From an uncultured Clostridia bacterium (GTDB taxonomy: Bacteria > Bacillota > Clostridia > Christensenellales > UBA1242), in the NCBI GenBank assembly GCA_934747385.1, contig CAKVGK010000003.1, positions 3,679 through 67,678 on the forward strand: a stretch of 64,000 nucleotides of DNA, written 5' to 3'. Both the position numbers and the translations under genes were made by a program. Under the pieces are notes generated by a model. It was not told the DNA's origin, did not search any database, and worked only from the letters and a program-made list of their open reading frames with translations. How positions within the stretch are numbered: position 1 is the first letter of the stretch; each line of letters starts with the position of its first letter. Below are positions 37,250 through 45,198 of the stretch, piece after piece.

Positions 37250-38560
37250 CTAACTGGCATTTTCAATAGGCTCTCTCATTTTTGTTCCCACAATTATGAT
37301 TGCATTTTGTGGCTTAAATTTGTCGTATCTAAGCAACTGGTTTTCCACCATCTGCCCATTAACAAATTTCTGGCGATAAGATTTCACTTCCATGCCTCTG
37401 CTGCCTTTTTTAAGCACAAAACTTTCGTCTGTATACTGAACTTTTTCGCTGTACTCTCCAGTTTTATCTTGTTTAATCTCCTCCCCAGGCTCTGTGGTGG
37501 AGATTATTTCATTTACAAGTTTATACTCCGTGTTAAAAAGGTTTTCGCCAAAAATTCTTATGCGGATTTTGTTTGGAGAATAGTTTGTTACAATCGTAAG
37601 TTTTTCGCCAGTTGTGTTTTCAAACTTTAGGTCGCTGCTGCCAAAATTGACCATTGCGTCAAAGCCATATTTTACATAGCCCACTTGCTTGCTGTGCTTG
37701 TTTGCTTCAACAATTTTAAGCCCCGCCAATAATGCCGTGTTGTAAAGCGTGCTTGACACTTGGCAAACACCCCCGCCAAGCCCGTCAACAAATTCATTGT
37801 TTACAATGATTTTTGCTGGGCGGTAGCCATTCGCCTCAGTGCGTCTGCCAATAATTTTGTTAAAAGAAAATATTTCACCTGGTAAAATCTCTCGCATGTT
37901 CAGGCTGGTCAATGCGTTTTTAATGTTGTGCTTTCTGTCTGCACTGGAACTTGATATGTTTGTTGAAAAATCGCTACGAAGATTTGTGTATTTTTGAAAT
38001 TTACTTGCCAAAATTGTTGGCTTTAAAACAATTGTTGGCAGTGAAAATTTAAGTGGTGTGTTGTTTAAATACGCTTTTGCAATTTGATTATATAATTTGA
38101 TTTTGTCCACTTTTTGCCCACTTTTTTCTGCGGAGATATAAAAAACCTTTTCGCTGTTTGTGTTCACTGTCATGTTTGCGTCTTTTGGCTTTTGCTGAAT
38201 GTTTTTTTCCGCGCTTTGAACAAGTTTGTTTAAATTTGGAAAGATATAATTAAGTGCAATTTCACTGTCAAAACCTGCATTCAACATTTGCTTTAACAAC
38301 ACCACACGTTGAGGCTTGGTTTCAAAACGATTGTATTTGTTTATTTCATAATTAATGCTAAAAATGTTGCTGGATTTTATGTTTGGTTTCAGTTCATAAA
38401 CAAAACTTTTTTGATTAAACACAAATTCAATTTTTTCGTTCACGCATCCAGTTTGAGCAGCAAAGGAAATTTTGTTGCACAAAAAAGTGGACAAACAACC
38501 CATGTTAAATATGAAAACAAAAAATACGCATACCACAGCACAAATTAAAGGTTTTTTCAT
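37250..38560 (-). CDS. VanW-family protein (N-terminal TM anchor)
   Basis: 436-aa ORF with the VanW core ...VDGLGGGVCQVSSTLYNTALLAGLKIVE... Confidence 0.85.
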   Translation of the reverse strand: MKKPLICAVVCVFFVFIFNMGCLSTFLCNKISFAAQTGCVNEKIEFVFNQKSFVYELKPNIKSSNIFSINYEINKYNRFETKPQRVVLLKQMLNAGFDSEIALNYIFPNLNKLVQSAEKNIQQKPKDANMTVNTNSEKVFYISAEKSGQKVDKIKLYNQIAKAYLNNTPLKFSLPTIVLKPTILASKFQKYTNLRSDFSTNISSSSADRKHNIKNALTSLNMREILPGEIFSFNKIIGRRTEANGYRPAKIIVNNEFVDGLGGGVCQVSSTLYNTALLAGLKIVEANKHSKQVGYVKYGFDAMVNFGSSDLKFENTTGEKLTIVTNYSPNKIRIRIFGENLFNTEYKLVNEIISTTEPGEEIKQDKTGEYSEKVQYTDESFVLKKGSRGMEVKSYRQKFVNGQMVENQLLRYDKFKPQNAIIIVGTKMREPIENAS

Positions 38561-38755
38561 ATGCGTAGTATGCGTATTTCCACTCGAATTATGTAGAATT
38601 TTGTACCCATGTTCTTCTGTTATGCCGAAAACAACTTTTTAAGGTCCCCGACAAAGCCAAACATAGTGGGTTTGTTGGGGTTAAGGAGTGATCGCTTAAA
38701 GGTTTATGTTTGCTTTAAGGTTCAAAGCAAACTAACTTAAAAGCGTGTCACGACG
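38561..38755. promoter_or_regulatory. Structured, relatively GC-rich intergenic region upstream of the VanW gene (candidate cis-regulatory RNA or small RNA; class unknown)
   Basis: Several stems are visible. CCCCGACAAA/TTTGTTGGGG spans 38646-38680. GTTTGCTTT/AAAGCAAAC spans 38708-38732. AGCGT/ACGCT spans 38742-38757. An 11-bp pairing, AATACGCATAC/GTATGCGTATT (38523-38533 with 38569-38579), brackets the VanW ATG. Confidence 0.3.
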
Positions 38756-40039
38756 CTATTCGATATTTGGCAACTCGTCTGGCGGAGTGCCGTCATCGTC
38801 GTCTTTGTCGTAATCAATGCCAACCACCTGGCTGACATCTCCCAACTTTTTGGCAATTTTGCGAGAGGATTTCGTTGCCAATTCTATGTTAGAATTGGCC
38901 TCGCTGATTTTGTTTTGAGTTTTAAGAAGCAATGCCACAAACTTTTCAAATTCTTGCTTGAATGTGGACAAAACTTGCCACAATTCACTGCTGCGTTTTT
39001 CAATATACATGGTTTTAAAACCAAGTTGCAAACTGTTCAATAGCGCAGTTAAAGTGGTTGGGCCACACACAACAATTTTGTATTGGTTTTGCAATGTTTC
39101 CATAAGTTCCACGTCGCGCACAACCTCGGCATAAAGCCCTTCAATTGGCAAAAACATAACTGCAAAATCGGTTGTGTCTGGCACGGAAATGTATTTTTCC
39201 TTAATTGATTTTGCCTCTTCCTTAATGCGCTTAACCAGTTGCTTTTGGGCGTGTTCAATAGCATCTTTGTCCATTGTTTCGCTGGCTTCAACAAGGCGGT
39301 TATAATCTTCAAGCGGGAATTTACTGTCGATTGGCAAATACACTTCTTTTTCGTCCTTGCCTGGCATAACAACGGCAAAATCAACACGCTCTTTGCTGTT
39401 CTTTTTGATTTGCACCTGAGATTTGTATTGGCTTGGCGCAAGCATTTGGTCAAGCAGCGAACTGAGCATAACTTCGCCCCAACCGCCACGCACTTTAACG
39501 TTGCCTAAAACACGTTTGAGGTCGCCCACGCCGTTGGCAAGCGTGCGCATTTCACCTATGCCCAAGTTAACACTTTCCAAACTTTGTTGAATTTTGGAAA
39601 AACTTTCGTTAAGACGTTGAGATAGACTGTTGTTCAATTTTTCATCAACCGTTTCACGCATTTTTTCCAGTTGCTTTTCGTTTTGCTGGCTCATTGTGAT
39701 GAGTGCAGCGTTCACATTGTTTGTCAATTTCTCAATGCGTTGCTCGTTGCGGGTGGTAAGTTCGTCCACACGCTTGGAAATGCTGTCAAACTCCTGCTTT
39801 TGCAAAACTGACAAATTGCTGATTGTGTTTTGCGTCATCACTTCGCTGTTTTTAAGTTGTTGCATAATCATATTGTTCACCAACTGATTTTGCTCTTTTT
39901 GACTTGTGAAAAGTGACTGCAATTTTTCTGCGTCATATTCTGAACTTATTGCTGATTTCTTTTTGTACATAACCACAAAAATAATAAGTGACACCAGCCA
40001 CACACCACCCAAAATTGACCCTAAAATTATATATCCCAT
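38756..40039 (-). CDS. rmuC: DNA recombination protein RmuC
   Basis: 427-aa ORF with an N-terminal TM segment, a long coiled coil and the RmuC nuclease-like core (...VDFAVVMPGKDEKEVYLPIDSKFPLEDY...FAVMFLPIEGLY...). Confidence 0.88.
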   Translation of the reverse strand: MGYIILGSILGGVWLVSLIIFVVMYKKKSAISSEYDAEKLQSLFTSQKEQNQLVNNMIMQQLKNSEVMTQNTISNLSVLQKQEFDSISKRVDELTTRNEQRIEKLTNNVNAALITMSQQNEKQLEKMRETVDEKLNNSLSQRLNESFSKIQQSLESVNLGIGEMRTLANGVGDLKRVLGNVKVRGGWGEVMLSSLLDQMLAPSQYKSQVQIKKNSKERVDFAVVMPGKDEKEVYLPIDSKFPLEDYNRLVEASETMDKDAIEHAQKQLVKRIKEEAKSIKEKYISVPDTTDFAVMFLPIEGLYAEVVRDVELMETLQNQYKIVVCGPTTLTALLNSLQLGFKTMYIEKRSSELWQVLSTFKQEFEKFVALLLKTQNKISEANSNIELATKSSRKIAKKLGDVSQVVGIDYDKDDDDGTPPDELPNIE

Positions 40040-40178
40040 TTGTTTTTCCTTTTAAATTTGATTTCTATAAATCATTTCATAAAAAATAAATATAAATTTA
40101 CACAAATTAACCATAATTAACGATTAAATATATTTATTATAAATAAAAACTAATAATTTGTAAAACAAAATACTCCTT

Positions 40179-40197
40179 TTTCTCGTGTCCCTTTGCA
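40179..40197. repeat. Left arm of a 17/19 inverted repeat (TTTCTCGTGTCCCTTTGCA)
   Basis: Matches the reverse complement of 42627-42645 (TTTCTCGTGTCCCCTCGCA). Confidence 0.7.
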
Positions 40198-40222
40198 TAC
40201 TGTCACTATATAGCTCTGTTTG

Positions 40223-40309
40223 TCATACCGAGGCTTTTTAATGCCGAGATATATGAATGACGAGTTTATGAGTTCATATACCGAGGCTTTTTAATGCCGA
40301 GATATATGA
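40223..40309. repeat. Two direct copies of a 32-nt sequence (ATACCGAGGCTTTTTAATGCCGAGATATATGA)
   Basis: 40225-40256 and 40278-40309 are identical. Each contains CCGAG twice. An inverted partial copy, CTCGGTATA, lies at 40342-40350. Confidence 0.9.
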
Positions 40310-40365
40310 GTTAGTAAACTCTCTTTTTATAAACCTCAAACACTACACGTTCTCGGTATAACAAA

Positions 40366-40402
40366 CATAAAAAAACACCTAATGAGTTGTTAGGTGCTTT
40401 TT
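40366..40402 (-). terminator. Intrinsic terminator downstream of the 671-aa gene (symmetric; could act in both directions)
   Basis: AAAAAAA-CACCTAA-tgagttg-TTAGGTG-CTTTTT. Confidence 0.75.
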
Positions 40403-40430
40403 GTTTATTAAATCAGTTTTTTGCTAGTTT

Positions 40431-42446
40431 TTATTTCATCAAATCGCCCATATATGGCTGATAACTTGTTGCAGTGCTGCCAAACTCCAACTGAACTTTG
40501 AATTTAAGGTTTTGTGGAATTCCTCCGCTTGATTGATTTATAAAAATCCACAAATCGGTTAATGTGTTGTCAGTCGTAAAAGTGGCTGAATATGATTTGC
40601 CTGTTAAATCTTGATTTAGTGGTAAATCGACGTTGCATTGCCAACTCCTTGTTCCATCAACATTATGATAACCGCCAACTGATGAGGCTGTTGGAGTTGT
40701 GCCAGACAAACAGTGAACTGTAATTGTGAGTGTTGTGCCTGTTGGAATAGCTGTTGGAAGTTTAAAGCAACTTTGTGAGCCTATGTTGCCTATTGTATAT
40801 TCTTGATTTACGCCGTCATAAAAATATGTATCAACACCAACTGAACCAGCATTGCAAGTCCAAATGTTGCGGCTGTAATCTTTGTTAACTTCCCAGGCAT
40901 TTGCGGGTTCATTGCCTGCACCATACATTTCAGTTAAGTCATAAAGCCTTGGTTTAATTTTAAAATTGTTGAACACAGCGCCACTTTTCCACACAATACC
41001 CCAAGTTTTTTCTCTGCTGGCGTCCAATGTGCAAATACCTCCGGCACCATAATCTACTGCAGACGAATCTTGATTTAGCAATCCCCAATAAAAATTATTG
41101 TTTCTAACAGTTGCACCGCCAATAAGCAAATATTTGTGTCCGCCAACCAAAAAATTTAAAAAACTGCTTGGGTTCCAATAACTTGCTGCAGTTGCAGTTC
41201 CGTTAACTGTTATTTCCCCTGAGGTTCTGTTGCAACTGAATGTTAAACCAGACTTTGACCCAGTTTCCGCATATATTGAACTATCTAACAAATTTTCAGG
41301 GCTTGAAATTGATCCCGCAATGAATGCTGAAGAAGTTTCGCTTTTGTAAAATTTAGCATTAACAGTGTCATACATGCCAACAGCCCCAGTTGCGTCCTTT
41401 GCTGGAATTAGATTATATTTTATTGCTCCGTCTTGATAGATTTTGAAATACTTCATTTTGCAATAGCATTTATACCCTCTACCAAGTGCAAACAATTGAT
41501 ATTTCCCGCTATAGGCATCAACATACGCTTGCCCTGCCAAATTGTTGTTAACATACAATTTGTGCGTATTATCTGTTTTGCTGCGGACCACACGCAATTT
41601 GGCATAACTTGTTGTATCTGGTTTAATTCTGCCATCATATTTCGAACCAAGATCATAATAATCAGTTCTAATCCCAAAATAACCACTTGCAGTGCTATAA
41701 CCCATAAGTTGGCGTGATGATGTGCTTGTCCACATTATTGATGTTTCAATAATAAAATTGTTGGTATCGGCAGTTACTTGGAAGTCAGTATCGAACCATT
41801 GATTGCCAGCGGCTTCAACATATTGCAGTTGGGTGTAATTGCTTGGTAACCTAGTTACCCCACCTCCTGTGTTGGAAAGAAGCAAATTGACCGCCTGAAC
41901 TGCGTCATCAATATTCCTATATTGAATTGCGTGAGCTGTAACAATAACTGTGGCAGTTTTTGTTTTGTATCTGTTGTCTAGTGAAGAATCGAACTTAAAA
42001 TCCAACTCAAAACGTTGGAACGCACCTGCTGCAATTTGTGTTGCACCAACGGTTACGAATTCTTGCTTAGAGTCGCTGTAAACCAACTTAGTGCCTGCAG
42101 CGGAATAATATGTGGTTTGGATTGGGTCTTCTGTGCCCTCTATGTAAACGCTAAATTCAAGCACGGCATACATGTCTGTGTTGCCTGTGTTTTGAACTTT
42201 ACCTGAATATTTGATTGTTGAGCCAGGCAGAATTTTGGTTGAACTTGAACTACCCAAATTTGAAGCAGTGAGTTGAGTATCTGTTAAACCGACCCTGATT
42301 ATGCCGGTTGTCATTTCGGATTGTTTTTTTGAAGCGGTTGCGGTGAAATAAGCGTATGCTCCACCCATGGAAATAATAAGGGTAAGAGCAAACGTTATCA
42401 CCCACATAAAAATCGACTTAAGATTTACCCTAAAAAATTTCCTCAA
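40431..42446 (-). CDS. Large secreted protein with TasA/camelysin-type (SipW-dependent-type) N-terminal signal region
   Basis: 671-aa ORF with a TTG start behind an AGGTGG SD. MRKFFRVNLKSIFMWVITFALTLIISMGGAYAYFTATASKK carries the AYAYFT motif of SipW-type signal peptides. The remainder is beta-rich and rich in Gly, Thr, Ser and Tyr. Confidence 0.65.
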   Translation of the reverse strand: MRKFFRVNLKSIFMWVITFALTLIISMGGAYAYFTATASKKQSEMTTGIIRVGLTDTQLTASNLGSSSSTKILPGSTIKYSGKVQNTGNTDMYAVLEFSVYIEGTEDPIQTTYYSAAGTKLVYSDSKQEFVTVGATQIAAGAFQRFELDFKFDSSLDNRYKTKTATVIVTAHAIQYRNIDDAVQAVNLLLSNTGGGVTRLPSNYTQLQYVEAAGNQWFDTDFQVTADTNNFIIETSIMWTSTSSRQLMGYSTASGYFGIRTDYYDLGSKYDGRIKPDTTSYAKLRVVRSKTDNTHKLYVNNNLAGQAYVDAYSGKYQLFALGRGYKCYCKMKYFKIYQDGAIKYNLIPAKDATGAVGMYDTVNAKFYKSETSSAFIAGSISSPENLLDSSIYAETGSKSGLTFSCNRTSGEITVNGTATAASYWNPSSFLNFLVGGHKYLLIGGATVRNNNFYWGLLNQDSSAVDYGAGGICTLDASREKTWGIVWKSGAVFNNFKIKPRLYDLTEMYGAGNEPANAWEVNKDYSRNIWTCNAGSVGVDTYFYDGVNQEYTIGNIGSQSCFKLPTAIPTGTTLTITVHCLSGTTPTASSVGGYHNVDGTRSWQCNVDLPLNQDLTGKSYSATFTTDNTLTDLWIFINQSSGGIPQNLKFKVQLEFGSTATSYQPYMGDLMK

Positions 42447-42626
42447 ACTGCCACCTAATTAAATATTAATATTTAAGTCGAATATTGTCAAACAAATTTG
42501 AGATCTTGTTTTAAATTAATATCAAGCAAAATTATTATTTTTAAAAAAAATATTTTAATATTTTCAGTAATTAATTTATCTTGTGTCCTATTATTATTTT
42601 CAACTAAACAAACTCTCCTGTCCCCT

Positions 42627-42645
42627 TGCGAGGGGACACGAGAAA
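42627..42645. repeat. Right arm of the 17/19 inverted repeat; overlaps a strong local hairpin TGTCCCCT-tgcg-AGGGGACA (42619-42638)
   Basis: See 40179-40197. The hairpin has 8 bp and is GC-rich in an otherwise AT-rich divergent promoter region. Confidence 0.7.
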
Positions 42646-42745
42646 TGAGATTGTTTACTAACACAAAACCTAAAAAGCAAAATGTTTATTTTTAATTTTA
42701 TGTCAACTTGTTTACTTTTGCAATTTATTTGGTTATAATAAATTT

Positions 42746-43612
42746 ATGCTTAATATTATGGTTTGCCCTTCCAACATATCAAAACATGGGGAGGCAATTG
42801 CAAAAAAAATTGTTAAATATTTGAAAACTGAAAACGAGGAATATTCGGTTTATTTTTCGCTTAATATAAACGACTTTAACGCCACTGCAAGAGAGTTGAC
42901 CGAGCAAATGGAAACTGAGTTTGCCGTTATTGGCAACGATTTTGTTTTAAGCAACTTTTTGAACAATGTTAAGGACGTTTCCAAAATAAAATTGGGAATA
43001 ATCCCACTTGGAAAAAACGATGATTTTGCAAATTACGTTGGTGTGCCAGAAAACCCAATGCATGCCATAAAAACCATTTTGGAAAACAAGGTAGACAATG
43101 TGGACTATTTGATTTTAAACAATCAAATTGTGCTTAACAACATTGTTATTGGCGCAAGCGTGCATTTGGTTGAGATTTACAATCAATATAAAATCAAAAA
43201 TCTAATAACAAAAAAATTTGCAAGTTTAAAGCATGCAAATAAATGTGAAGAATTTGAACTGATTATCGACACAAAAACTGGCAAGCCTAAAAAAGAAACT
43301 GTGTATGAACTTTCAATTGCGAATGGCGGGCTTTTGAGCGGCAAGCATTTGAACCCTCTTGCAAATGTTAAGGACGGATTGTTTAATGTTAGTTATTCCA
43401 CAAATTTGGAGGCAAACAAGCGCAAGGCATACATTTTGCAATTTGACGTTGGTGACCAAATTTACAACGAACACACAAAGCAACTTTGGTTGAATGCTGT
43501 GAATATTAAAAAACCAGAGGGCAACATTAAAGTTATGGCCGATGAAAAAATTTTTGAATGCGAAGAAATTAATGTTACAATTGTTGAACATGGATTAAAA
43601 ATTTATTGCTAG
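42746..43612 (+). CDS. Diacylglycerol/lipid kinase (DAGK_cat, YegS/BmrU-like) family protein with degenerate catalytic motifs
   Basis: 288-aa ORF. GIIPLGKNDDFANYVG corresponds to the family IPxGTGNDFAR motif, and AVIGNDFVLSNF sits where GGDGT is expected. Confidence 0.55.
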   Translation: MLNIMVCPSNISKHGEAIAKKIVKYLKTENEEYSVYFSLNINDFNATARELTEQMETEFAVIGNDFVLSNFLNNVKDVSKIKLGIIPLGKNDDFANYVGVPENPMHAIKTILENKVDNVDYLILNNQIVLNNIVIGASVHLVEIYNQYKIKNLITKKFASLKHANKCEEFELIIDTKTGKPKKETVYELSIANGGLLSGKHLNPLANVKDGLFNVSYSTNLEANKRKAYILQFDVGDQIYNEHTKQLWLNAVNIKKPEGNIKVMADEKIFECEEINVTIVEHGLKIYC

Positions 43613-43634
43613 CAATTTATTTGCTAGTTTTTTT
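43609..43634 (+). terminator. Intrinsic terminator after the DAGK-like gene
   Basis: CTAGCAA-tttat-TTGCTAG-TTTTTTT. The stop codon lies inside the stem. Confidence 0.75.
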
Positions 43635-43795
43635 AATAATTTTTGAATTTTTATATATTTTTTTAATATTTTTTGGATTGTTTTATTAATTTTTTAATTA
43701 TTTTTTTAAAATTTAGAAAATATTTTTTATTTACATTTTTTTGTTTTATTTTTAATTTATTTACAAAAAAATATTAATTCATGTTTTAAAAATGT

Positions 43796-43824
43796 TTGTT
43801 AAAAAAATATTGATTTGATATAAT
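43796..43824 (+). promoter_or_regulatory. Promoter: TTGTTA, 17-nt spacer containing TGn, then TATAAT
   Basis: TTGTTA at 43796-43801 and TGATATAAT at 43816-43824, 32 nt upstream of ATG 43856. Confidence 0.5.
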
Positions 43825-43855
43825 AATGATAACTAAAATTTTTAAGGGGGAATTT

Positions 43856-44494
43856 ATGATTGAAAAAATTGCAATGTGGGGTGGCTTTGCGGGAGTTATT
43901 GTTGCAATCATTGCCATTGTTGTTTTGTTTTTGACAAGGGAAAATATTTTGGACATTTTAGACAAAGACGTTATTTTGTTTGACAAAAATTTTGAATTAA
44001 AAAAGCAAGCAATTGAACGTGCCATGCTTTTGGTTGACGAACTTAGTGAAAAAGGTGACCAAGAGAAAGGAAATTATGAATTTGCTGAAAAGGCAAAAAG
44101 AACTTATAACGAATTGCTTTGCGTTGTGAGCGACGCGAGAGTTGCAGATGAATTTTACAATTTAGCAGTTGATAATTCTACGGCAGTTAGCGCAACAAAA
44201 ATTGCCAACTTCAAATTGTTGTGCCGTGCTGATATTGGTTTGTCTAACAAAAAGGCAAGATTGTTAAAAAAGGTAAAATCCAGCAACGAAAAAAATAATG
44301 AAGTGGACATTCCAAGTTTTGGTTCAAGTGAAGTTTCAAGACCAGCATACACACAAACAATGTCCAGACCAATGCCACAAAATGCGCCTGTGCAACCAAG
44401 ACCTGCGCGCCCTGCTATGCCAACAAGACCAATGCCAACTCGCCCAACACCAAGACCAACACGCCCTATGCCTAAAGACGGCGAACAAAAATAA
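43856..44494 (+). CDS. Membrane-anchored protein with Pro/Arg-rich C-terminal tail, unknown function
   Basis: I prefer ATG 43856 (AAGGGGGAA SD) within track ORF 43826..44494. N-terminal TM segment (WGGFAGVIVAIIAIVVLFL). The tail is PMPQNAPVQPRPARPAMPTRPMPTRPTPRPTRPMP. Confidence 0.55.
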   Translation: MIEKIAMWGGFAGVIVAIIAIVVLFLTRENILDILDKDVILFDKNFELKKQAIERAMLLVDELSEKGDQEKGNYEFAEKAKRTYNELLCVVSDARVADEFYNLAVDNSTAVSATKIANFKLLCRADIGLSNKKARLLKKVKSSNEKNNEVDIPSFGSSEVSRPAYTQTMSRPMPQNAPVQPRPARPAMPTRPMPTRPTPRPTRPMPKDGEQK

Positions 44495-44501
44495 ATTAAA
44501 C

Positions 44502-44534
44502 AAAAAAAATTCCAATAAACTTGGAATTTTTTTA
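44502..44534 (+). terminator. Intrinsic terminator
   Basis: AAAAAAAATTCCAA-taaac-TTGGAATT-TTTTT. Confidence 0.75.
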
Positions 44535-44651
44535 TGTCCTTTTCAAGGATACACTCAATGCTGTCGCATTCGATATGACAATGTTGCAGCCGCTTTTATG
44601 CTTGGTTGTGTCGCCGTCAACTTGTGCATGCGAGTGTGCTTTAAATTAAAA

Positions 44652-45191
44652 TCATTTAACTTTTTTGCTTTTTGCCATAGCTTTTTCAAGCAATGCTTTA
44701 AGTTGATTAATGTCGCCTGTTAAACTATCTTTTCTCAAACAAACATATTCTGCACTATTGAAAACCAAAATCAAGCGATTATTGTCTTCCAAATAACTTG
44801 TTAAACTCTTTAAAGCATGAACATTTTTTGCTTGTTCAATGTCGTCTTTTAAAAGTGTTTCTGTGCATGAGGTGTTATCTACAACCACTTTTAAATAGTC
44901 CATAGTGTCAAGTTTTTGTGCGTAGAAAGACTTCTTTTGTGAATGATTTAAACTGACTGGAATTAACAAATACATAACTTGCAAAACCACAAGGCTGACG
45001 ATGAGAACAATGTCCAGCACAAAAGATTTTTTGTTAACAATATCCACAATCAACAGTGCAATCATTGCAACAAGCAAAATTGGAATCATTGCTGCAATAA
45101 TTTTATCTTTTTTGCGTTTTTGGGAACGGAAAACATATTTTGCGCTAATCAAACTGTCCTCTAACTGATATTTATATTTACATTCAAACAT
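44652..45191 (-). CDS. Two-TM membrane protein, possibly YcxB-like
   Basis: 179-aa ORF with two adjacent hydrophobic helices after a basic stretch, and a C-terminal soluble domain (LILVFNSAEYVCLRKDSL...). Confidence 0.45.
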   Translation of the reverse strand: MFECKYKYQLEDSLISAKYVFRSQKRKKDKIIAAMIPILLVAMIALLIVDIVNKKSFVLDIVLIVSLVVLQVMYLLIPVSLNHSQKKSFYAQKLDTMDYLKVVVDNTSCTETLLKDDIEQAKNVHALKSLTSYLEDNNRLILVFNSAEYVCLRKDSLTGDINQLKALLEKAMAKSKKVK

Positions 45192-45198
45192 AATTCTC

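Noticed and set aside
38561-38755. ydaO/c-di-AMP riboswitch, SRP RNA, RNase P RNA or tmRNA in the VanW upstream region
   Set aside because: GUCGGGGACC (minus strand) and AUCGCUUAA (plus strand) resemble ydaO fragments but lie on opposite strands. No SRP domain IV (GGAAG...AGCA), GAGGAAAGUCC or tRNA-like end was seen.
43786-44025. 79-aa minus-strand ORF overlapping the start of the 43856 gene
   Set aside because: It overlaps the promoter, SD and N-terminus of a better-supported plus-strand gene, and it has no SD of its own.
44535-44651. Relatively GC-rich 117-nt spacer as a possible small RNA or tRNA
   Set aside because: No convincing stem-loop architecture, promoter or terminator could be defined by eye. 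It may be a decayed coding remnant. Evidence is insufficient to report it.
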